A stretch of 64,000 nt of DNA, from NCBI RefSeq assembly GCF_001194135.2, contig NC_068989.1, forward strand, positions 14,949,403-15,013,402. The letters are read 5' to 3'. The stretch's first letter is position 1, and every line of letters begins with the position of its first letter. Origin of the DNA: Octopus bimaculoides (lineage: Eukaryota). Of this stretch, positions 26,633 through 38,915 are shown piece after piece. Below the pieces are notes generated by a model that was not told where the DNA came from, searched no databases, and worked only from the letters and a program-made list of their open reading frames with translations. Made by a program: the position numbers and the translations under genes.

Positions 26633-27238
26633 CTGAAATAAATAAACTCACTTCTCTCTCTTTTTATCACCACACTGTGTCTCTTAATTCACCCTTCTTC
26701 CTGGCTTCGGTTTCTTTATACTGATATACAATCATCTGTCTATTGGAATATACACTCAGCTGATTGCATGTATGTATAAACACTCAGCTGTTTTTATGTA
26801 TATGTGTATGTTTGTCGAGACACTTAGTTGTCTGTACAAATGTAGATAATACACTCAGCTGTTTGTGTGTCCGTATATAATGGGGTGAGTGAGGGACACC
26901 CATATGCCTGTCTATAAAACACGTCCATGGTTTGTTATTTCTTTGCCGCATTCACAGAGGTTGTTGGTTCGAATGGCTCTTTGTCCTCGATATAATCCAG
27001 GCGATCTGTGTTCGTCTTATGAAACATCGGGTAGAGAGAAGTAATTCGGGAAACTATCACCAACCGTGAGTCTATGGTGTACTGTAGCTGTATGAGTAAG
27101 TATGTGAGTGAGAGCGAATGTAATGTGAGTGAGCATGAATAAGTGAGTGAGTGTGCCTAAGTGAATGAGTGTGTATGTATTTGTGAGTGTGTCTAAGTGA
27201 AGTGAAGTGAATACTAACTTGGTCTGGGCCAGTTGTCC

Positions 27239-27285
<47 letters not shown>

Positions 27286-27767
27286 CTCAATGGGTGAACG
27301 TTCTCACTAATCGCAAGAACAGAAACGAGCAAAAAACTCTTAAACTAAGATAATTTCATTGGCAAGAGCAGATAATGTCGTTCAGTAAAACTTTATAACA
27401 TTCACGCATGCATATATAGACAGACAAGAGAATACATTACAGAAACAGACATACAAACACACGCAAACACATTAACTAATGTTCACAGTGTAAAAAATAA
27501 TAATAGTTTTTTTGTGGCTTGGTTATTTGTCAACTCTCAGCACACTCATGTTGTTGTTGTTGTTGTTATACTGCTGGAGTGAGACTGAAGTGTCAAGCTC
27601 CACTCCCCTGCTGTCAAACCTCTCTCACTATCAGCTGTAAGGTCCCTCTTGCCCTACTCCTAGAATAAATTACTAGATTCTTGCCTAGTCATGCCGACTG
27701 CTATTAGGTAATAATACTAATGTATACAAACTGTTCACCTAATATATATTATATAAACTTACATAGA

Positions 27768-27822
<55 letters not shown>

Positions 27823-28552
27823 TATAATGTCGATTAAGTAATTTTAGAGGGTTAATCTAGACTTACATATCACAACATACTGGTGATTTTTAAGTAGTGA
27901 GCTAGATCTATGTACTTACATAAACACTATACTATGTATCAGAGAAAAACTGATCACACGTATATAAGAAAGAAAATATTAGTCACACACACATAGGTGT
28001 ATTCAAAACTTTATGTGTAATTTTTCTTATACATTAATGGAAGTTCATCTTAACGTAGACATATAAAGAATACAAGTCATATATCGTTACATATACAGAG
28101 TCTATTGCTCGTATACTTATGTATATAAAACTTTATCTGTCTACCTCGAAAACACTTTTCTCCACACCTTTGTATATATATAATCTTGTATGTACGTAGA
28201 ATATGTCGTTTACGTATGCACGTAGAATATGTATATTGTTTATATAAACAATAATATTCACTCGTACATTTTTGTATATAAACACTAGGTTATATACGTA
28301 GACCTATGCTAAAATAAAAACAAAAAAAACTTTAGTATGAACGAGTGTGCATATATGTAACATATATGTAAAAATTATTGGAGTACTACACTTAAATTTT
28401 AACTGGGTATATATTAATATATACACCCTCGTACGTCAGTGTGTCTATGTCTGTTTTGCACCTATCGTCACTGCGATGAGGAAAATATTAATTCCTCACG
28501 TTATTATTTTTTTTTTAACTGAAAAGCAGCAAATTTAAACACGCTTATACCC

Positions 28553-28596
<44 letters not shown>

Positions 28597-29635
28597 TTTA
28601 ATGATGGTGAGGAATTAAACACTCGAGTAATAATAATACCTTGGTGCCACCTCGATGAATGAAAAGTTGGCGACAGAGGAACATGAAGCAATGGTAATAT
28701 TAGCTTCTTAATGTAGGTATTTTATCGCAAGTTTTCCTATATCTACGGTACTCCGAATCCCGGGCAGAAGAAATCCATTTGCATAATGAGAGTCTGAGCA
28801 CTAAAAAAAAAGCTTCATAGGAGCTACTATTCTACCGCCAACGAAAAATACATAACGCATTCTATTTACATTGGAACGAGCACTGCAATACTGCTAAATA
28901 AGATTAATTAAAGAAGATATATATTATCTCTATCTAGGGTCTACTATAGAAATTTAGAAACAGTTCTGGTAGAACATGGAAAATATTTACAGTCGATAGT
29001 GGTAAAATTATTGTGTTATATACGTATATATATATATATTCTATGATTGTGTACGTTTCAATAGAGAAATGTGTTGAAATGAATATTCCAGCCAAGTGTC
29101 ATTCTGTGCTGTATCTTTCCAGTTGTCTTAAAAACAAACAAAAACACTGTGTTGCTGTCTAAATGACGAGTGGAGCAGGGTGTCTCTTGGAAGATTTGGC
29201 GAGATGTTGTTGTTGCTGCTACTGCTGTATCATGTGATGCCAAAGCTTCTAGCTTCCTCCTTCCGTCTTTTTTTTTTTTTTCAATGTATTCGCCACAGAC
29301 AAACCTTTCTCCTCTTGTCTTTATATTATTGTGTGCCTATATATATATATATATATATATANNNNNNNNNNNNNNNNNNNNNNNNNNNNNNNNNNNNNNN
29401 NNNNNNNNNNNNNNNNNNNNNNNNNNNNNNNNNNNNNNNNNNNNNNNNNNNNNNNNNNNNNNNNNNNNNNNNNNNNNNNNNNNNNNNNNNNNNNNNNNNN
29501 NNNNNNNNNNNNNNNNNNNNNNNNNNNNNNNNNNNNNNNNNNNNNNNNNNNNNNNNNNNNNNNATCTAATTAATATCTGTGCGCGTATTTATATGTATTT
29601 AATATGCTTTTCTTTTTTATTCTTGTGTATGTCTA

Positions 29636-29672
<37 letters not shown>

Positions 29673-30669
29673 ACGTTTTACCGTTTCCATTTAGACACAT
29701 GTAGGTTTTTCATACACGTGTCTATATATAGATGTCTGTTTATTTATTTCGACTAACACTCATATGGGAGGGGTCGCTTGCAGAAGAGAAAGAGAGAGAG
29801 AGAAGAAAACAGGTGGTACTTAACTACAACACTAGTTTTCAGAGGGAGTATGAGAGGTATTTCAATTATTATTATTATTATTATTATTATTATACAACTC
29901 CCCCTCTCTCTCTCTCCCTTCTCGTAATCGATAATTTATACAGCTGATCAATCGATTTACTCTCCTGCTGCAAGGCGATATAAGGTAACATAAGGAGATG
30001 GAAAAATACCTGGAAATAACTACGAAAATCCCCACCTGTCTTTCTACATCTGATTTTTCTATTGCTTGCATTCCAAATGACTCCGTACATTGCTTATAAC
30101 TCTTTTTTTCTCTCTCGCTCTCTTTCTTTCTTTCTTTCTTTCTCTCTCTCTCTCTCTTTCTTTCTCTACCCCCTCTCACTCTCGTATATGCATACACGCG
30201 TGCACATTCACAAGCTTTGTCTAACCCTTCTTCCTTCAATGGGAATTTACATATATATATATATATATATATACATATATAAAAAACCTCAGGAGCAAAG
30301 CATACTCTCAGTGATTTGGCTGCATTGACTTGGTTTGTATTACATAACATTGCGCTTGCACAACGCCTTTTATATACACAAAAACCAATGATTCTTCTCT
30401 CTCTCTCACTCTCTCTCTCTCGTATGTTTCACTTTTCCTTCTTCACGAATATATCCATCTATTTTCTATCATTGTTGTAAACACGGTTCTTTTCGTCCTA
30501 ATCTTTTTATTTCCAACGTTTAAAAGTTGATATAAGCAAAAAGCAAAAATACTTGGAACTAAACCGAAGGTATTTTTAGAATATTTTACAGTTACACACA
30601 CACACACACACTCATCCAACATACTATTGTCTTTTCGCTAACCATCAGTACACTACAATGTCAGATGGT

Positions 30670-30890
30670 ATTGTTTAACCACAGGTTATTCCCGATCGAG
30701 CAGACCTATAATTAAAGACATTCCAGCCTTGGCTATCCCGTCTTTTTTCCTATATACTAAAAACCCCAGGGCTACATTATCCAGTGTGCCCTTTTCTAAG
30801 AATGCAGAAGGTGATTTAGAGGAGAATTAGTTGCTATTTCTTTCGTTCGAATGACCACGTACAGGCTCCCTTGTTGGCTCCCGTTATTGT
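30670..30890. repeat. Unclassified interspersed repeat (family G); pieces also near 10010-10265, 12985-13135, 14680-14880, 15490-15560, 15895-15990, 37245-37305 and 53255-53340
   Basis: Recurring GAGCAGACCTAT..AAAGACATTCCAGCC..TGACCATCCCG and GATTTGGCTGCTATTTCTAGCAGG..GCGACCACGTAGAGG motifs. Confidence 0.7.
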
Positions 30891-31639
30891 TACTGTTAGC
30901 GGTGATGGTGGTGGCGGTAATTGTCATGTTAAGTATAATGGCTTAGCGACTAAAGTTTTTCTCTTCTTGCTTCTATAGTTGCATTGTATTCTTCAGCAAT
31001 TTTCTTAACTCTTCTCACAAAAATCAACAATGCCTAATTAAGTAATTGGTGCTTCAACTTCATTTACCCTTCCATATATGGAAGGGTAAACGAACAGATT
31101 TATTTTCCAACATCTCTATTATATTCTCGTGTGTGTGCAAAAAATATATAACCATAGTGTGTGTGTGTGGTGGTTTTGTGATCATTGTGTGATGTCGTTA
31201 TCATGATCATTTTAACGTCCTCGCTTCCATGCTTGCATGGGTCAGACAGAATGCATCAAGATGAATTTTTTTTATGGCTGGATGCCCTTTCTGTCGCCAA
31301 CCATCACCTGACCGAACAGTTCAGCAAAAAGAGACTGATAGAATAAGCACCAGGCTTAGAAGAAAAAACACTGGGGTCAATTTATATGATTAAACCCTGG
31401 AAGGCTGTGCCCTAACTTGACTGCAGCCTAACAACTGAAACAAGTAAAAGACATAATAATACTTAAGCTCAATAGGGTTTTCCTGTCCCTCAACCCTTTT
31501 TTATCTATGAACCCCTTTGGTTCCTATTTTACTCAAATGGACCCTCCTAGCCATTCAATGTTTAAAAACATCATATTATATTTTAATAATTAAATATGAG
31601 GAGATGCTTTTAAAAAATTGGTAAAATATTTTGTATATT

Positions 31640-32035
31640 ACTCTTTTTACTCTTTTACTTGTTTCAGTCATTTGACTGTGGCCATGCTGGTGCACCACCT
31701 TTAGTCGAGCAAATTGACCCCGGGACTTATTCTTTGTAAGCCTAGTACTTATTCTATCGGTCTCTTGTGCCAAACTGCTAAGTGATGGGGACATAAACAC
31801 GCCAGCATCGGTTATCAAGCAATGCTAGGGGGACAAACACAGACACACACACACACACACATATATATACATATATATGACAGGCTTCTTTCAGTTTCCG
31901 TCTACCAAATCCACTCACAAGGCTTTGGTCGACCTGAGGCTATAGTAGAAGACACCTGCCCAAGATGCCACGCAGTGGGACTGAACCCAGAACCATGTGG
32001 TTGATAAGCAAGCTACTTACCACACAGCCACTCCT
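31640..32035 (-). mobile_element. Full-length family-C tRNA-derived SINE with CORE-like segment and internal microsatellite
   Basis: Head AGGAGTGGCTGTGTGGTAAG, CORE-like (T/C)TTGGGCA(A/G)GTGTCTT, tail GACTGAAACAAGTAAAAGAG. Confidence 0.92.
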
Positions 32036-33433
32036 GAACCAATTTGTTGCAGCTAAATTTTAATAAAATCTTATGTGGACCACCAAGGGCCTAATAGACC
32101 CACAAAGGCCTTATGGACCTCCAAGGGCTTTATGGACCCCAGTTGAGAACCACTGATTTACATCATTTAAACTTTATAGAAATTGATTTCTAATAAATAA
32201 ATGTAGTTGCAATTTTTAAGGCAAATTATTATGCAATTTTAGTACAGTTATATTACAACAGCTGTTAAATATACTCACCTGTCAAATAAAGTCACAAGGT
32301 TATAAATTTGTAGTCAAGTCAATGTTAGCTTATTTGATGGAGTGGACATCAAACATCTTGATAAGAAACATGTGGTACAGAAAAGACAACATTTACCTGA
32401 ATGTCTTCTACCTTTGGCATCCATCTGCCTTGAGAGGAAATACCGTTCTACACCATGGACCTTTTAGGATTTGAGCTTTATCCCAACACAAATAGGACAA
32501 CCACCTCCCATACAGAGGCATAGCCAGGTTCTAAAGTTAAGGGAAGCAAGCACAAAAAAAAAGGCTACCTGACCCATACCAAATAACTTTTAATTCATTT
32601 CTATTCATCATCATCATCCAGTGTTTGAAATCCGGGTTTTTTCCCCACTAATGGGGGGTGGCCGGATCTACCTCAATGCCATAGTAACAGAGGTAGGCAG
32701 GTGCAGCCCACCCCAACCTTTAGGCCAGCTGGTGCCCATTCTCCTTTGCTATGATGAGGCTTTTTTGGAGCTGGATATTCTCCAGGGAGCATGCCCTTGC
32801 TTACCCCCAATCTCAGTTTCTAGACATGAGTGGTCCCGAGACCAAGGAGTCTATCACGATTTTTAAGAAATGTGGTGGAAAACTAGCTCGGGAAGACAGG
32901 GACACTACTCCCTGAGACCCCTTTCGGAGCTCCCCTACCTATTATGGTATGCAAAAAATATTTCATTAGTTTTAATAAACATAACTGTATTCTATATTCA
33001 TTAATTTCATGTTTCAGTAACAATGTCACTATGTTTTGAAACTTAATGTTATGACTTATCAACACACCAAGTGATGGGTGATACGTACACCTTACAAAAT
33101 CTCATTCAGTTATACATATCAATTATAAATTTACAATTAACTCCACCTTATTAATGAATTTTAATCTTTGTTATCTTCTTCTTCTTCTTTGCCACCACCA
33201 CCACCACCACCCTCTGATAGGAACTCTGAACAGGGATGGATGGAGTTCATGATATTTTTTTAAAGCTACAGTTCCAGTTACTTTGGAGAATAGGAAGATC
33301 TGGATAAGCTTAGATGGGTAAATGTTGATTTTGAACTGTTGGCAATTACTTGGGAGAAGAATGGAATTCTAGAGAGAAATGTTATTTCTGAAGACAAAGA
33401 AATGAACAAGAAACTGTTGTAGTTAGAAATCAT

Positions 33434-33788
33434 TCTCTTTACTCTTTTACTTGTTTCAGTCTTTTGACTGTGGCCATGCTGGAGCACCGCCTTTAGTCGA
33501 GCAAATCGACCCCAGGACTTATTCTTTGTAAGCCTTGTACTTATTCTAAGTTATGGGGACATAAACACACCAGCATTGGTTGTCAAGCGATGTTGGGGGG
33601 GACAAACACATACATATATATATACATATATACGACAGGCTTCTTTCAGTTTCCGTCTACCAAATCCACTCACAAGGCTTCGGTCGGCCTGAGGCTATAG
33701 TAGAAGACACTTGCCCAAGATGCCACGCAGTGGGACTGAACCCGGGACCATGTGGTTGGTAAGCAAGCTACTTACCACACAGCCACTC
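33434..33788 (-). mobile_element. Family-C SINE with internal deletion
   Basis: High identity to 31640-32035. Confidence 0.9.
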
Positions 33789-35204
33789 GTTAAATAAAAT
33801 ATGATAAATCATTATTATTATTATACTTTTGTTGTATACAAGCTGTTCTAAATCTTACCCAGAAACCTCAAGTAACAGGAAGCTGGATGTTGTTTACAAG
33901 TTGCAATGATATTGTAGGTGATAGGGCCACCATCCTTGGGCAACCCTATCCCGTACAATCAATTTTCTTCAATAAACGAAAACGCTGAATGAATTGAATA
34001 ACAGCATAACAGATATTTTATTACGGGTGCTCAGCCTTACATCTTGGGGTAACGGCTTTGCCAGGTCGCCCTTTATGTTTGGTGTGAAGACAGCGTCGGT
34101 GTAGTTGCTGGATGGTTAAGTCATTCTTCCCCGTCTCCGTGGTAGACTGTGTTGACTCAAGGTAGAGTTGACGAAGCGGCTCTTAGTGGTCTGGTGTCCT
34201 CGAATGTTCAGAGCTAAGAGGTAGAGAAAACGTGGGAACGCTTGGACATAGGATGACCACGCATACACATGAGGGACTTCCTGCATGCCTTCCGGAAGAC
34301 ATGTCCCTGCGCATGCGTGGACAAACTCTCCAAAATGGCGACTGGTATTAGGCATCACTACAATATATTTCAGAGCAAGGAGCTCAAATCCTGATAATGT
34401 TATCAAAAACTTGTAATATTTGTGATTTTGGAAGAATTTAAAAGGTTGTCTGTTTTTCTTAGGATTTGGGCTGTACCAATAAGAATGATCTTTTGTGACT
34501 CTGATATTTTTAGGTTTCCTGGTATTTGACTATAGTATTTAAGAATGCCATTTCATACATATCCCTAAAGCTCTGAAGATCACAGGTACAGTTGTCATTC
34601 TTTGCTGTCACATATTTGACACCTCTATTTGAAGGTCCTCGTATTTAACTTTTCAGGCGTTTTTACAGAATTTGTCTTCTGATAGGATTCACTATCTATG
34701 AGAACACACGTTTTATCAGCGTGAGTTTTCACCTCAATATCTGGCCTATTGGCCTGAAAAGCTTGATCTATGTGAGTACCAAAGTTCTAAAGGACAATGA
34801 TATCTTTCTTTTCTATTAATATGGAGGGTAATATTCCCACCTTTTCTTTTGTGAGTCCAAACTGACAGCATATGATTCAGTGCAAATACTGAGTCTATGA
34901 TAACAATTAATACAATCATTTGAGGCTAACATATATCAGACAAAGATGAAGTGGTCAATTGTTTCTCTGGTTTTTCCTTAAAAGTATCAGGTAGGATCAG
35001 CACCATTTTTAAGAATGTTAATTTAGTAATTTCTTATGAACAGACAGTCGCCCTGAGCTGCTATAATGAAGCTTGCTGTTTCCAATTTAAGTCCAGATAC
35101 AACCAACTATTGATGGGTCATACTTGTATCAACAACAGGACTGCCAGGCTTTGTAGGGTATATATTATGTAATGTGTAAGTATAAAAGAACACAAATGGG
35201 GTTC

Positions 35205-35292
35205 AAAATTCACAACAGCTGTTTCGGCACCATTTTATTGATACATTCTTAGATTACATCGTAGCAAAAACCTGCCTTCGTCAGGTGATTTT
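35205..35292 (-). ncRNA. Putative type I minimal hammerhead ribozyme (Penelope-type)
   Basis: AAAAUCAC-CUGACGA-A-GGCA...UGCC-GAAA-C-AGCU-G-UU-GUGAAUUUU: core motifs in order, stems I and II pair, palindromic minimal stem III; one extra A before stem II. Confidence 0.65.
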
Positions 35293-35592
35293 AAACAGAC
35301 AAACAGGTAAGGCAGAAGATATAAACTGACTTGCTCACAGCCCAGAGATTACATTTAATTTGACTTGGAATTATATTTATTTTGCTTTCACAGTGGATGA
35401 GTTCTGTTCCATCTAGATGCACCTCATGCTTTTTTTTCTTTTTTGCAGACAAGTTTAAGCATCACGTCATTGGTGTTCTTTAGATAGGTGTCTAACCCAA
35501 TGGTTGCTGTTTTTAGAGACAGTTGCAGCTGCATCAGTCCACATTCGCCATCTTTTTGTGGGATATATAGTCTGTCTACATCTACCCTTAGG

Positions 35593-35981
35593 TTGTTGTT
35601 GTTGGCACTCCGTCGCTTACGACGTCGAGGATTCCAGTTGATCCGATCAACGGAACAGCCTGCTCGTGAAATTAACGTGTAAGTGGCTGAGCACTCCACA
35701 GACACATGTACCCTTAATGTAGTTCTCGGGGATATTCAGCGTGACACAGTGTGACAAGGCTGACCCTTTGAATTACAGGCACAACAGAAAAAGGAAGTAA
35801 GAGTTAGAGAAAGTTGTGGTGGAAGAGTACAGAAGGGTTCGCCACCATCCCCTGCCGGAGCCTCATGGAGCTTTAGGTGTTTTCGCTCAATAAACACTCA
35901 CAACGCCCGGTCTGGAAATTGAAACCGCAATCCTATGACCCCGAGTCCGCTGCCCTAACCACTGGGCCATTGCGCCTCCAC
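35593..35981 (-). mobile_element. tRNA-derived SINE, head A + tail T1, inserted in the R4/Dong ORF
   Basis: TSD ACCCTTAGG/ACCTTTAGG; removal rejoins the LINE peptide MYHLK-VDVDRLY. Confidence 0.93.
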
Positions 35982-36559
35982 ACCTTTAGGTGATACATAT
36001 GGAAAACTTGCATATTTTGGGGTCAGTTTTACTGATCTCATTCATGAACCATTTTATGATATTAAATCTGCAGATCATGACGTGTATGACCAAGATACTG
36101 ATGGCATCAAACTTGCTTCTCTCATCAAGTTCACTTTTTCGGGATAGCTCTAACTCTATGGCAGTATTCTTTTCTCTGAATTCAGTGTTGGAATTTTCTC
36201 CCAAAGCTTCATACTATTTGAGAGAAAATTATCAATAACCAGAGTGTTATTGTAGACTCCCAAGCATTTCTCAATTCAGCTTTTTTGTAATCAATCCATG
36301 CAATGTAAAGATTTTTTTCTTTTTTGTCGTTTATGGCAGTCCTTTAGAATCATTTTATTGATTAATTGCTAGTCTTTATATTCATACAAGCCACGTTTAC
36401 AGCCATTTTTTATTCATTGAGGAATATCTTGTTATCCATCAGAAAGGTATATATGTATTCAGTAATGATGGATGTTCATACTTTGTACATGCTTGTAAGA
36501 CATGTTATTGGCCGGTAGTTTTGGAGGTTATTAGTTTCATCAGTTTTGTACAGTAAATA

Positions 36560-36755
36560 TTATTAATATTATTTTTATTATTATCATTATTCAGTAGTTT
36601 TATTTTTATAACGTGCTTTCACTTCACTACCGAGCGCAGCTCTTTGTGCCTTGGGTATGTGCTGTGGTTTGCTGTGATGCTCTTATGGTTACTGTATTGA
36701 AAGTGTTTTGCGTAGGATGTGTGCAGTGCCCAGTAGTGCAATTTTCTGTATGTAA
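36560..36755 (-). mobile_element. 5'-truncated 3' end of a second R4/Dong LINE with (TAA)n-like tail
   Basis: IQKIALLGTAHILRKTLSIQ-stop, ~100-nt 3' UTR, AAT-repeat tail. Confidence 0.85.
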
Positions 36756-36823
36756 AAAAAAAATTTGTTAGTCCTGGTGTTTTTGTTATGTATTTGTCTG
36801 AATATTTTTTTATTATACCTTTA

Positions 36824-36866
<43 letters not shown>

Positions 36867-37509
36867 TAGTTTTCATTGAAGATTTGCAAACAAATCACAT
36901 CACTTATATGGCAGTGACCTACATTTATTTTTTTATTTCAAAGTCTGGTTCTTATTCTTTTTCAAAGTCTCTGTTGCTGAACCACTAAGTAGACCTACCA
37001 TACAGTGTCGAGACAAGAGAGTGCAAACACACACACACACACATGCAACAAACTTCTTTCAGTTTCCATCTATCAAATCCACTCACAAACCTTTAGTCAG
37101 CCTGGGACTATAGTGGAAGTCACATGCCTAAGATGCTATGCAAGGTGCCAAAGAAAGTTTTCTTCTTCACACAGCCATGCCTGCTCCAATATCTTTTATT
37201 TTTTAGAATTAATGTACAAAGAGCACTGTTTCAATTGGTAAGGTGTGATTTGAAGAAGATTTGACTGTTATTTCTAGCAGGAAGGCGACCATATAGAGGT
37301 TCTGTCATTTTTAAGCTAGACAAGAAAGTTTCAGTACATGATGGGTCTGGGGATTTCTGGGAATTTCAAGACAGTGTCTGTGAGGTGGTGGAGAGAAACA
37401 GAAAAACAGACGATTACATCTAGAAAGTTCTACATGGTAGCTGGGTTACAGAGTTATCAAGTTCAATGAAGCATAGACTGTAATAGTAGTAGTAGTAGTA
37501 GTAGTAGTG

Positions 37510-37541
<32 letters not shown>

Positions 37542-38464
37542 GACTGGAAGTGGCAAAAAAGAAGACATGTTTGTGAAGTTGATGGGAAGTGAATTAAGTG
37601 GTTAAAAGTGAAAAGTACCATGACTCCAAAAACTCTGTCGAAGGAGGGGAACCTCGAGGAGTGGTGCTTAGTTTTGTTTTCATATGAGCATGAAGCAGAC
37701 ACCTCTTGAGACCCCTAATTCTTTTTTTTCTTTTTTTTTTTTTGAGGGATTGGTGAGCAGATGTGATATGTGGGAGGAAAAGATGTGTTAAGTTAAGTTT
37801 AGCAAGCAGATACCTACTTAAATCCCATCCATGAGTTTTTTTTGTTTTTTTTAAGGGCTGGCCCCTAATTCTGGCTTCCTGACATGAAGTGACTGAGAGA
37901 TAGACAACTTAGTTTATGGCAGATAACATTTCCAGATGATCTGGTATGTGCTTCCATTAGTTATGTGAATTGAGGTAGCAAGGGATGAAATGTTTTGCTG
38001 AGGAACAAAATGAAATGCCTGAAATGGAATTCAGTTCTAGATCCAGACATAGTTGCATCCCCAACCGCATGGCTCCCCAACCACAAGATTTTGGGTTCAG
38101 TCCTACTGCATGGCATCTTGAGAAAGTGTTTTCTACTATACCCCTCGACTAACAAATTCCTTGTGAATGAATATGGTAGATGGAAACTGTGTGGAAGCTT
38201 GTCATCGTCATCATCATTTAGTGTCCATTTTCCATGCTGGCATGAGTTGGGCGGTTTGACATGAAACTGGCCAGCCAGGGAACCTTCCAGACTCCAATTG
38301 TCTGTTGTGCCATGGTTTCTATGACTGGATGCCCTTCTTAATGCCAACCACTTTTCAGAGTGTGCTGGGTGCTATTTTTTACATGCCACCTGTATAGGTG
38401 CGTTCATGCAACACTGGCACTGATGTGTGAGTGTGTGTGTGTGAGCGTGTGTGTGTGTGTGTAG

Positions 38465-38915
38465 GTGCAGTGGTGTCACTGGAAAACTAACAGAGAAAAT
38501 GGTCTTTGCATGAGGCAGATGTGAAGGTACATTAAACACCAGGAATATACAGAAAATAGACTCCCACAAATGTCAGGGGGAATCCTTAGAAGTAGTAGAC
38601 AGTTTCCGTTACTTAGGTGACCAAGTTAGTAATGGGGGAGGTTGTTCTGAAAGCATAGCTGCTTGAATAAGAATAGGCCTGGTAAAGTTCAGAGAACTAC
38701 TACCTCTTTTAGTAACGAAGGGCATCTCCCTCAGAGTGAAAGGCAGATTGTATGATACCCGTATGCGGACAGCTATGCTACATGGCAGTGAGACATGGGC
38801 TGTGGCTACTGGAGATATGTGAAGGCTTGAAAGAAATGAAGCCAGTATTCTCTGCTGGATGGGTAATGTCAACGTGCATATGTGACAGAGTGTAAGTAGT
38901 TTGAGACAAAAAGCC
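38465..38915 (+). mobile_element. RTE-clade LINE ORF2 fragment (post-RT region)
   Basis: LEVVDSFRYLGDQ..GGC..KFRELLPLL..KGISLRVKGRLYD..MLHGSETWA..RLERNEAS with in-frame stops. Confidence 0.92.

Larger units (their letters stand above)
34430..36555 (-). mobile_element. Decayed R4/Dong-clade LINE (RT, zinc knuckle, restriction-like endonuclease) with two insertions
   Basis: Minus-strand motifs in order: NYRPITCL, GCKRG..KD.QLINKMI, NLYIAWIDYKKA (YxDD core deleted), RKSEL..KFDAI, VDVDRLYIPQKDG, SGLKLETASFIIAAQ, ETIDH, ANRPDI..KTCVLID, KYEDLQIEV..TVPVIFRALG, QKIILIGTAQILRK. Confidence 0.93.

Noticed and set aside
26930-27075. Plus-strand CACAG...CC|GTGAGT candidate exon and a 42-codon minus-strand frame
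   Set aside because: Ambiguous strand and no homology; needs RNA data.
28777-28787. Octamer ATTTGCAT(AAT) POU site
   Set aside because: A single 8-mer is expected by chance in 64 kb of AT-rich DNA.
31822-32004. Recurrent ORFs ...DRLLSVSVYQIHSQGFGRPEAIVEDTCPRCH... and ...RRASFSFRLPNPLTRLW...
   Set aside because: Chance frames of the family-C SINE; identical peptides recur at every copy.
33290-33420. Protein-like frame EDLDKLRWVNVDFELL...
   Set aside because: No credible splice acceptor or start codon; unrecognised.
34020-34400. GC-richer 96-aa ORF with faint RT-like words (FLYLLALN, NYTDAVF)
   Set aside because: Too degenerate to assign; possibly an old LINE fragment, not a gene.
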